Assembly (NCBI GenBank): GCA_017433415.1
Contig: JAFRHI010000023.1
Coordinates: 80,520-144,519, forward strand
DNA length: 64,000 nt
Direction of reading: 5' to 3'
Source: Bacilli bacterium
GTDB taxonomy: Bacteria > Bacillota_I > Bacilli_A > RF39 > UBA660
In this document: positions 32,071 to 41,400 of the stretch, piece by piece
Layout of the letters: every line of letters starts with the position of its first letter
How positions within the stretch are numbered: position 1 is the first letter of the stretch
Position numbers and translations under genes: made by a program
Notes under the pieces: generated by a model
Seen by the model: only the letters and a program-made list of their open reading frames with translations
Told to the model about the DNA's origin: nothing
Database searches by the model: none

Positions 32071-32922
32071 ATGGCTAAGAAAAGTTCAGGTAATGCAGTT
32101 AAGAAAATTGATGAACAAATAAAAGAATTAAATGAAAAAGTAGAAAAAAATGTAAGTAGTCAGAATTCTAATAATAAGAAGAAAAAAAATAGAAATAATA
32201 GAACTAAAGGAAAGAAAAAGAATAATTCAAATAATTCTTCTAAAAAGGGTGTTAATTCTGTAAACAAAAAGAATTCTAATAAGCAAACTTCTACTAAGAA
32301 CAATAATAATCAAACTAAAAAGAAACCAGTTAAAAAAGAAGCTATTGTTGCGCCTGAGAGAAAGCCAAAAAAGAAAGAAATTGTTAAAGAAAAAGAAATT
32401 AAAAAAATAGTAAGAGAAGAAGCTATTGTTGTCCCTGAAAGAAAAGAAGAAGAAAAGAAAGTACAAGAAACTGTAAAAGAAATTAAAGATGAAATTATAG
32501 TTCCTGTTGAAAAAGAAATAGATGTAATTAAAACTGATTTAGTAGATGATCATAAAGAAGTTCAAGACATTTCTTTGGAAGATGTTCCAGAAATTGAAGA
32601 AGAAATAGTTCTTGAAGATGTTCAGCCTACTGCTAAATTGGAAGTAATAGAGGAAGTATCTGATAAAGAGGAAAAGATTAAATATACAATACTTGAAAAA
32701 GAAATGCGTTCTTTATATGATAAAGTTGAATCTGTTGTTGATGATATTGATGTTAATGATCAAGAAAAGATTGAATTACCAGAGCTTTCTTTAAATGAAG
32801 AAAAAGTAGAAAAAGTAGATGATAATAAATTACTTAATAAATTGATTTTAATACTTGGTATTATATTTATAATATTATTAGTATTATTTATTGCTTTTGT
32901 TATTTATGTTTGTACTTTTTAG
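32071..32922 (+). CDS. Low-complexity K/N/E-rich protein with a C-terminal TM anchor
   Basis: 283 aa. It contains the internal duplicate 'EAIVAPERK...EAIVVPERK' and the tail 'LILILGIIFIILLVLFIAFVIYVCTF'. It has its own -10 TGATATAAT (32037-32045). Confidence 0.5.
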   Translation: MAKKSSGNAVKKIDEQIKELNEKVEKNVSSQNSNNKKKKNRNNRTKGKKKNNSNNSSKKGVNSVNKKNSNKQTSTKNNNNQTKKKPVKKEAIVAPERKPKKKEIVKEKEIKKIVREEAIVVPERKEEEKKVQETVKEIKDEIIVPVEKEIDVIKTDLVDDHKEVQDISLEDVPEIEEEIVLEDVQPTAKLEVIEEVSDKEEKIKYTILEKEMRSLYDKVESVVDDIDVNDQEKIELPELSLNEEKVEKVDDNKLLNKLILILGIIFIILLVLFIAFVIYVCTF

Positions 32923-32983
32923 TACTTTTTTTCTTTATTTTATTTTATTGTTATAATATAATTAGATTAGGAGTTGATAATTA

Positions 32984-33532
32984 ATGGATAGTGATTTAAT
33001 TATTTTAGATGTAGAAGAGAAGATGACTAAGACTTTGGAAAATCTTCAAAAAAGATTTGCAACGGTTAGAGCTGGAAGGGCTAATCCGTCTAGTTTAGAT
33101 GGAGTAATGGTTGAGTATTATGGTGTTATGACACCTCTTAAACAATTAGCAACTATTTCTGTACCAGAAGCTAGACAATTACTTATTAAACCATTTGACA
33201 AAGGGGCTTTAGGGGCAATAGAAAAAGCAATTTTAGCGTCTAATTTAGGTTATAATCCAGGTAATGATGGAGAAACAATTAGAATTGTAATTCCTGAACT
33301 TACTGAGGAAAGAAGACGTGAACTTGCTAAACAAGTTAAAGCATTATCTGAAGAAGCTAGAGTTTCTATTAGAAATATTAGACATGATGGATTAGAAGAA
33401 GTGAAAAAAGCTGAACTTCCTGAAGATCAGGAAAAAGGTATGGAAAAAGATATTCAAGATTTAGTAAATGAATATAATAAAAAAATAGATGCAAAGTTAA
33501 AAGAAAAAGAGCAAGAATTACTTACTGTTTAG
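32984..33532 (+). CDS. frr: Ribosome recycling factor
   Basis: 'FATVRAGRANPSSLDGVMVEYYG...IKPFD...IRIVIPELTEERRRELAKQVK...RNIRHD'. Confidence 0.92.
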   Translation: MDSDLIILDVEEKMTKTLENLQKRFATVRAGRANPSSLDGVMVEYYGVMTPLKQLATISVPEARQLLIKPFDKGALGAIEKAILASNLGYNPGNDGETIRIVIPELTEERRRELAKQVKALSEEARVSIRNIRHDGLEEVKKAELPEDQEKGMEKDIQDLVNEYNKKIDAKLKEKEQELLTV

Positions 33533-33560
33533 TAGGTAATTTTCTATATTGGGTGATTTT

Positions 33561-34148
33561 ATGAATATTGAAGAATTAATTAGTAAAATGACTATTGAAG
33601 AAAAAGAAGTCTTTCAGTCTGGAACAGCTAGTGAATACTATGAATATGTTATAGAAGAGTTTGCATTAAAAGAAAAAATTCAGAATATTAAGAATATTGA
33701 TGAAGATAGTTTTAATTTTATACTTGAAAAGCTATATTTAGTTGTTGGTAAAGCTGTTTTAGAAGATGGAGATTATACTTTTGGTGATGAAGTATTAAAA
33801 AAACTTGTAACAAAGTTAATGCGTTCTCGTTTTACATCAGAACCAGTTTCTAATGAGTGTTATAAATTTATTAATTATTTAGAAGCTTTGAAGAAGGGCA
33901 TTGAAATAAATGAAGATCTTTTAGATGGACATGATGTTGTTTTAGAAAGTGGAGATGTTAATGATTTGAAAACACTTTATGGTCAACATGAAGAAGCTAA
34001 TCTTTTTAGAACGAATTATGAGTATTTTATTGATTTGTATGAGAGTGTTCCTAGTGGGGTTATAGATGTTAATTTAAGAAGTGCTATTTATGCAATGAAC
34101 AATGCCTATGAAAGAGAAAAAGAACTTGTAAAAAAGTATGAGAAGTGA
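33561..34148 (+). CDS. Hypothetical cytoplasmic protein
   Basis: 195-aa ORF with an ATG after GGGTGA. No recognised motif. Confidence 0.45.
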   Translation: MNIEELISKMTIEEKEVFQSGTASEYYEYVIEEFALKEKIQNIKNIDEDSFNFILEKLYLVVGKAVLEDGDYTFGDEVLKKLVTKLMRSRFTSEPVSNECYKFINYLEALKKGIEINEDLLDGHDVVLESGDVNDLKTLYGQHEEANLFRTNYEYFIDLYESVPSGVIDVNLRSAIYAMNNAYEREKELVKKYEK

Positions 34149-34369
34149 TATAATTTGTGTATCGACTGTGAAGAGGAGTAGTAATAAACTTAATTATTTT
34201 TAGAGAGATTGTGGTTGGTGGAAACAATTAATAATAGTTTATGAATTCGCCTGTGGAGTTCTTATTAATAGTAAGCGTATTTCTTGCGTTAAAAGATTTG
34301 AGTGTATAGTAAAGCTATGAAATAAGGTGGTACCGCGAGTAATTCGTCCTTATGAATAGCTTTTTTTTT
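34146..34369 (+). promoter_or_regulatory. Promoter plus Phe-specific T-box leader with terminator
   Basis: Extended -10 TGATATAAT (34146-34154). K-turn-like TGTGAAGA. AG bulge TAGAGAG (34201-34207). Distal loop GGTTGGTGGAAAC (34212-34224). Specifier region GAA-TTC-G (TTC at 34246-34248). T-box AATAAGGTGGTACCGCG (34321-34337) with a UGGU bulge matching A73 of tRNA-Phe. T9 at 34361-34369. Confidence 0.85.
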
Positions 34370-34378
34370 GGGGGATTT

Positions 34379-35017
34379 ATGGAAAAGAAAAAATTAATTT
34401 TAGATTTAGATAGGACAATTATTACGTCAGGAGATTATAAGTTACAAAATGAGTTTTTTAGAAATCTATATGGAGAAAGTGAACAAGTGAATAGATTTAT
34501 TCAAAATATTGGGCATTATTTAGATCATTATGAGTATATGTTTAAAAATTATACTATTGAAGATTTATCACACTATTTAACAACAGTAACCGGTCTTACA
34601 GTTACTAAGAAAATTATTTCTGATTGGTTAGATTTACGATGGTATGAAACAGATTATTTAGAACCAGGTATTATAGAATTATTAGAATACGCTAAAAGTA
34701 AAGATATAAGGATAGTAGTTTTAACTAATTGGTTTTTAAAATGTCAAAAAGATCGCTTAGCTCATAAAGATCTTTTAAAGTATTTTGATGATGTTATTGG
34801 TGGAGAGATGTGTTTGAAGCCACATAGAGAAGCCTACGATATGGCTTGTGGTAATTTTAGTAGGGCTGATTGTTTAGTTGTCGGAGATAATTTATATAAA
34901 GATTATTTAGGACCATTAATTGCTGGATACGATGCAGTTTTATATGATCAACATGATCAAGAAAAGGGCTATGTTGTCAAAGTAAAAAAAATAGATGAAA
35001 TAAAGAATATGTTATAG
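34379..35017 (+). CDS. HAD-superfamily hydrolase
   Basis: Motif I 'LDLDRTI', motif II 'VVLTN', motif IV 'VGDNLYKD'. The track's start at 34352 lies inside the T-box terminator. The ATG at 34379 follows GGGGGA. Confidence 0.7.
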   Translation: MEKKKLILDLDRTIITSGDYKLQNEFFRNLYGESEQVNRFIQNIGHYLDHYEYMFKNYTIEDLSHYLTTVTGLTVTKKIISDWLDLRWYETDYLEPGIIELLEYAKSKDIRIVVLTNWFLKCQKDRLAHKDLLKYFDDVIGGEMCLKPHREAYDMACGNFSRADCLVVGDNLYKDYLGPLIAGYDAVLYDQHDQEKGYVVKVKKIDEIKNML

Positions 35018-35025
35018 GAGGAGTT

Positions 35026-36075
35026 ATGGAGAATAAGAAAGTTTTAGAAGTAAAAAAAGAATTAGAAAAAGATTTGGTAGAAATTGATGATTTAAAAGTT
35101 GTTAATGATTTGAAAGTTAAATATTTAGGAAAAAAAGGATTAATAACAGAATTAAATAGTGAGATTAAGAATGTTCCAAATGAGGAGAAAAAAGAATTTG
35201 GAATGCAAGTAAATGAACTTCGCAATACTTTTAATGATTATTATGAGAAAATGGTAGAAAAGTTAGAAAAGGCTGAACTTGATAAGAAGTTAGCAAATGA
35301 GGCAATAGATGTTACATTACCGGCTACTAAGTTAGCAGTAGGAGCACCTCATATTTTAGAGAAAGTTATTGAAGAGGTAGAAGAAGTATTTATGTCTATG
35401 GGTTTTGATGTTATTGATGGACCAGAAATAGAAGAGGATAAATATAACTTTGAGATGTTAAATATTCCTAAGGGGCATCCGGCAAGAGATGCTCAAGATA
35501 CTTTCTATGTTGAAGGTGAAGAAATGCTTCTTCGTAGTCAAACTTCTCCTGTCCAAGTTAGAACTATGCTAAAGGGAGAAGGAAAAACTCCAATTAGAAT
35601 GATTTGTCCAGGTAAGACTTATCGTAGAGATGATGATGATGCGTCTCATTCACATCAATTTATGCAGATTGAAGGATTACTTGTTGATAAGGATATTTCA
35701 TTATCAGATTTAAAAGGAACAATGGATGTTTTATTTAAAAGATTATTTGGCAAGAGTAGTGAAACACGTTTTAGACCAAGTTATTATCAGTTTACTGAAC
35801 CATCAGTAGAAGTTGATATTACTTGTGTTAATTGTCATGGTAAAGGTTGTAATGTTTGTAAACACACAGGTTGGGTTACCGTTTGTGGAGCAGGGGTAGT
35901 TCATCCTAATGTTTTAAGAATGAGCGGTTATGATCCAGATGTTTGGAGTGGTTTTGCTTTTGGCTTTGGGGCTGAGCGACTTGCCATGATGAAATATGAT
36001 ATTAATGATATTAGAACTTTCTATAATACAGATCTTCGTGAGGCGAAGATATTTGATAGGGAGGATGAAGAATAA
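35026..36075 (+). CDS. pheS: Phenylalanine--tRNA ligase alpha subunit
   Basis: 'HPARDAQDTFY', 'LLRSQTSPVQVR', 'FRPSYYQFTEPSVEVD' and 'GFGAERLAMM'. Confidence 0.93.
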   Translation: MENKKVLEVKKELEKDLVEIDDLKVVNDLKVKYLGKKGLITELNSEIKNVPNEEKKEFGMQVNELRNTFNDYYEKMVEKLEKAELDKKLANEAIDVTLPATKLAVGAPHILEKVIEEVEEVFMSMGFDVIDGPEIEEDKYNFEMLNIPKGHPARDAQDTFYVEGEEMLLRSQTSPVQVRTMLKGEGKTPIRMICPGKTYRRDDDDASHSHQFMQIEGLLVDKDISLSDLKGTMDVLFKRLFGKSSETRFRPSYYQFTEPSVEVDITCVNCHGKGCNVCKHTGWVTVCGAGVVHPNVLRMSGYDPDVWSGFAFGFGAERLAMMKYDINDIRTFYNTDLREAKIFDREDEE

Positions 36076-38444
36076 TGATTAGTTTAAATTGGGTAAAAGA
36101 TTATATTGATATAGCTGATCAAGATGTTCATGAGTTAGCAACAAAAATTACTAAGGCAGGTATTAATGTTGAAGCTGTTGTTTCACATGAAATACCAGGT
36201 TTAATTATTGGCCAAATTAAAAAAATAGAAAATCATCCAGATAGTGAAACATTACATGTTTGTCAAGTTGATATTGGAAAAGAAAATTTACAAATAGTAT
36301 GTGGTGCGCAAAATATCTATGAAGGTATGAAGGTTGTAGTTGCTCAAGAAGGAACTGTTTTACCAGGAAATGTGGAAATAAAGAAAAGTAAACTTCGTGG
36401 AGTTGATTCTTGTGGAATGATGTGTGCTTTATGGGAATTAGAGTTAGAAGAAAAACCAGAAGATATTTATGCATCAGGTATACATGACTTGGATAAAAAT
36501 GCTCCTGTTGGTGGAGATCCACTTGTATATTTAGGACTTGATGATACTTTATATGACTTGGATATACATAAGCATCGTAATAATGACTGCTACTACCATA
36601 TTGGTTTTGCTTACGAAATTGCTTGTATTTTAAATAGAAAAGTAAAATTACCAGAACTTGATTTTAAAACAGTAAAGGATAAAATTAATGATAATTTTAA
36701 ATTAGAAGTTAAGACAGATAAATGTAGTTATTATTTAGCACGTGAAGTACGTAATGTAAAAGTAGGAGAGAGTCCAGACTTTATTAAACAAAGATTAGTT
36801 GCGGCTGGTATGCGTCCAATTAATAATGTTGTTGATATTTCTAATTATGTAATGTTAGAGTTTGGTCAACCACTACATTTCTTTGATAAAGATAAGTTAG
36901 GAGAAAAAATATTAGTTAGAGATGCTAAAGATGGGGAAAAAATAGTAACACTAGACGGAAATGAATGTGAACTTAATAGTAGTGATATAGTTATTACTGA
37001 TGGTAAAAATCCTGTTTGTATTGCGGGAATTAAAGGTGGAGCAAATACTGAAGTTGATGAAAATACTAAAAATATTTTGATTGAATCTGCTATCTTTGAT
37101 TCGGTAAGTATTAGAAATACATCAAAAAGACTTGAACTTCCTAGTGAAGCAGCAATTAGATATGGAAAAGGACTTAGTTATGAATATACAGAGATGGCTA
37201 ATAGAAGAGCTTGTCATTTACTTGAAAAATATGCTGGGGCAGAAGTATTAGATGGTTATGTTTTAGTAGATAATGAAGATTATAGCGAAAAGACTCTAAC
37301 ATTTAAACCAGAGGATGTTGATAAAATACTTGGTATTACTATTTCTGAAGAAGATATGAAAACTGAACTTGAAAGATTAGATTTTCCATATACAGTGAAA
37401 AATCACGAATTTAAGGTAACAATTCCAAGAAGAAGATTAGATATAGATGCTAATGTCAATGATATAGCAGAAGAGATTGGAAGATTATATGGCTATAATA
37501 ACTTAGCTTCATCTGTACCAAGTGTTCCTCTTAGACGTGGAGAATATATTGGTGATGTTAAATATCGTAAACTTGTTTCTAAACGTCTTAGAAGTTTAGG
37601 CCTAACAGAAGTTAAAACATATACATTAGTTAGTCCAGAAATGGCAAGTAAATTTAAATATGAGGAAAAAGAACAAGTAGTATTACCTAATCCAATGAGT
37701 GTTGATAAAAGTGTTGTTAGAACGACTTTAATTCCATCACTATTAAATATTTATGAATATAATAAAGCTCGTGGAGTTAAAGATATTTCAATCTATGAGA
37801 TTGCTAAAACATATGATAAAAAGTATGAAGAAGTATCTAAAGTATGTGGACTTATGAGTGGTGAGTATTTAACTAATAGTTGGAATGGTAATATGAAAAT
37901 TGACTTCTATGTAGTTAAAGGTGTAGTAGAAGATATACTTGAATATATGGGATATCATGATAGATATTCATTTAGACGTGATAATTGTAGTGATCTACAT
38001 CCTGGTGTACAAGCTAGTATTATTCTAGATGGCAAAAAAATAGGTATACTAGGAAAAGTTCATCCAAATATTAGTAAAAAAGATATTTATGTTTTTGAAC
38101 TTAATTTGAATAGTATCTTTGGACGTACTAATAAATTAAAATACAAAGAAGCATTTAAATATCCAAGTATTGAAAAAGATATGGCCTTTATTTTAGACAA
38201 GAATATTGATGTTTATGAAGTAATTAAAACTATTAAAAAAGGTGCTAATAAGATATTACAAGAAGTAGGAGTATTCGATGTCTATGAAGGTGAGAGAGTA
38301 GACCAAAATAAGAAGAGTGTAGCTTTTAATTTAGTATTTAATGGAATGGATAGAACACTTACTGATGAAGAAGTTATGAAAGTCTTTAATGGTTTAATTG
38401 ACAAAGTAGTGACAACTTATAAAGCAGAATTAAGAGATAAGTAA
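36075..38444 (+). CDS. pheT: Phenylalanine--tRNA ligase beta subunit
   Basis: 789 aa. It has an N-terminal tRNA-binding (EMAP-like) domain ('HPDSETLHVCQVDIG'), B3/B4 and B5 domains, and a FDX-ACB tail. The ATGA start overlaps the pheS stop. Confidence 0.93.
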   Translation: MISLNWVKDYIDIADQDVHELATKITKAGINVEAVVSHEIPGLIIGQIKKIENHPDSETLHVCQVDIGKENLQIVCGAQNIYEGMKVVVAQEGTVLPGNVEIKKSKLRGVDSCGMMCALWELELEEKPEDIYASGIHDLDKNAPVGGDPLVYLGLDDTLYDLDIHKHRNNDCYYHIGFAYEIACILNRKVKLPELDFKTVKDKINDNFKLEVKTDKCSYYLAREVRNVKVGESPDFIKQRLVAAGMRPINNVVDISNYVMLEFGQPLHFFDKDKLGEKILVRDAKDGEKIVTLDGNECELNSSDIVITDGKNPVCIAGIKGGANTEVDENTKNILIESAIFDSVSIRNTSKRLELPSEAAIRYGKGLSYEYTEMANRRACHLLEKYAGAEVLDGYVLVDNEDYSEKTLTFKPEDVDKILGITISEEDMKTELERLDFPYTVKNHEFKVTIPRRRLDIDANVNDIAEEIGRLYGYNNLASSVPSVPLRRGEYIGDVKYRKLVSKRLRSLGLTEVKTYTLVSPEMASKFKYEEKEQVVLPNPMSVDKSVVRTTLIPSLLNIYEYNKARGVKDISIYEIAKTYDKKYEEVSKVCGLMSGEYLTNSWNGNMKIDFYVVKGVVEDILEYMGYHDRYSFRRDNCSDLHPGVQASIILDGKKIGILGKVHPNISKKDIYVFELNLNSIFGRTNKLKYKEAFKYPSIEKDMAFILDKNIDVYEVIKTIKKGANKILQEVGVFDVYEGERVDQNKKSVAFNLVFNGMDRTLTDEEVMKVFNGLIDKVVTTYKAELRDK

Positions 38445-38499
38445 TTATCTCTTTTTTTTTACTTTTATTTTTTGTATAATTTGATTAGGATGTGATACT

Positions 38500-41400
38500 G
38501 TGGATACTAAGATGACATTAGAAGAATTTAGAAAAATAAAAAGTGAATTTCTTCAATTGTATCATGATGTTGAAGAATATTATAATGATGATTCTAGGGA
38601 TAGAACAAAAGATGATGAAGTAAGTGATAAGTTTTTAGAGGATGTTGAGTTATTACAACAAAAATTATTATCAAGAGATTTGAGTGATATTCCATTTGAA
38701 GAATGGGAAGGATTATACTTTATTTCTGATGGTAAATTGGATTTTTCTAAAACACATGCTAATATTGATTTTTCGTTATTGAGAGAAGTGGAGTTTGAAA
38801 CAATAGATTTAAGCGGTTGTAATGTACGTGGACTTCAAGCTTTAGATTATGAAATGGATACTTTTAGCCCAGAATTTATGAAAAAACATCCAGAAGCTTT
38901 TCCAGACGAATCGCTTCCTCTAGAAATAAAAGAAAAGTTTTTTGCTAATAAAATAACTTTTTCTGATTTATTTCAATATCCAACTTTAAAAAAATGTATT
39001 TCAGAGAAATCATTTAAATATGCAAATCCTGGGACAAAGTTCTTTGTTGATGCTATAGGATATGAAAATGCAATAAAATTTTTTGAAGAATATCCAGAAT
39101 TTGCTGTAACAATTACAGATAATGCAAATCATATTTATTGGAAATATTTAACTTTAGGAGATAATTCTTATGACTCTGTAAAACAAAGAATATTTAATAA
39201 TATTATTGATTCTATTAAGACGTATAGCACTATTTTGCCAGATCTTGATATTATTCCTGTAGAAATGATTGAAATGTTTCCTAATATATTTGTGCAAGAA
39301 GGGGAATTACCTGAAGATGTTATTAATAATTATTATGCCGGTAATTTATCAATAAGAGATTTTAGGATTTATAAAGATGTTTTGAAAAATAAAGATTTAG
39401 AATTTGCTACTAGGTCATATGAATCTTTTTCAATAAGACACATCAATAAACTTTTTGGTAGTATTTGGGATTATATTGATAAAGTTCCAATGGAATTAGA
39501 TTATATAGTTAATTCTTATTTAATTAGACATAAAACAGATGAAGAAACGATTAATAAAATTTCTGAGATGCAATTATCAGAAATTATTAGTGAGATGTTA
39601 TCTGAAATATTAAGTAGATCTGGATCTTTCGAATTTAAGGATTTAGATAGTTTAGATGTTTTTTCACAATATCTTCCTATTGAAAAAATGGGATTAAGTG
39701 AAAACGAAGTAGCATTTATTGAGAAAATTGGTCTTAAAAATCTTATTGATTTTAATCATAATCATGATGAAATACTGGATGTATTTGGTGATTATTCTGG
39801 TACGGAATTTTGGAGGGAACTAGCAGCTAATTTTGATGTTATTAATGATGATATTACTATTAATAACGAAGAGGAGTTATTAGATGTATTTAGACAAATA
39901 ATTCATAAAATGAGAGCTTCTTACTCTTTGAATGTTCAAAAATTATTTTCTGAAAATAGAAAAGACTTAGTTAAACTTTTTCCTGATGAATTTATTGATT
40001 ATGATTTATTATATGAAATATTAAGTGCTAGAGGATTTTCTGTTGAAAATATTGGAGAGTTTGCTAAAGTGTTGGATAAATCTATTAATGGTAATTTTAA
40101 TAATTTTGAAAGCATTTTAAACACTTACCCTTATTTAATACCTGTATTAGAAGATAAAACTATAATTTTTCCAAAAGGGATGGCACAGACTGAAGACCTT
40201 TATCAAAAAATAGGTAGTAGAAAATTTTTAGAAGTGTGTTCTAAATATGGATTGTGGTTTAGTACAGTTTTTGATAGTTTATCATCTGTTGATAGTCAGG
40301 AAAAATTAATTGAGCTAATAAAAAATGGTAATTATGAAGAACAGATTAATCAATATATTTATGAATTAATTAGTGCTGGTAAAAGATATAATATAATAAA
40401 TTTACCACAAAGTTTTAAAGATAAATATCCAGAATTGTTTATATCTCCTGATGCTCCAGAAGAATTACAAAACTTTTTTTATGATGGTTTAGATTCTATG
40501 AGGATTTTTCTAACTCCTGAAATTGTTCCATATTTAATGAATGTAGATTTAAGCAGAAGTATGAGATCAGAATATGTAACAGTAGTTAATGCTAATAACA
40601 ATGAAGGTAGTATGAGAATGAATCTTTATGAAGCACTTGGTAAGATTTTTTCTCAAGAAGAAATACTTGAATTATTATCTAAATATGGAATGTATATTGT
40701 ACCTATTGATTTTTGCCTCGATTTGGCAAAAAGCAAGGAAGAAGTGTATAATGCTTTAGTTGAATCTATATATTTAATGATAAAAGATGGATATGCAAAT
40801 TATAATGATACTACTTTACCTAAGGAGTTTATGGAAAGATATCCGAATTTGTTTTTAGATGAAAATGCTCCAGATGCATTAAAAAAAGCCTTTTATTGGA
40901 TTAATTATCATAAGCTTACTTTTGGATTGTTATCAGAAAATAAAGATGAGTGGTTATCTTTTCTAAAGGATAAAGATATAAAATCTGTTTTAGTTAGAGA
41001 TGCAAATGTAAAAGAAGAATGTGCAAAATACTTTTCTCTTTTTGGTGATGAAAAAGCTCTTAAATTAGCTATTGGAAATCAAAGAAGAGCAGAAACTGTA
41101 ACTGAAATGATTAATTCACATCAAGTTGATTTGATGAAAAGTTGGTATGATAAAACAGGTGGAAAGTTTATTCCAGATTTTGTAGTAATGCAAAATTTCA
41201 GATTAGAAGAAGCTGATAAGTTTTTAGCAGCTGGTTCTAATTGGAGTCGATTAATGCGAATAGAAAGCTTTGCAAAATCTGCAGAAGCTAGAGATGCAAT
41301 GCTAAAACTTGCATATTCATTTGGGGCTTTTGATCAAGACCAACGAGGATTTAAAAAGGTACAAGATTTATTAACTGATTTACCTAGAAAAATAAGTGCA

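Noticed and set aside
34352-34378. Track start codon (ATG 34352) of the HAD hydrolase ORF
   Set aside because: It lies inside the 3' arm of the T-box terminator helix and before the T9 tract. The ATG at 34379, with GGGGGA upstream, is the plausible start.
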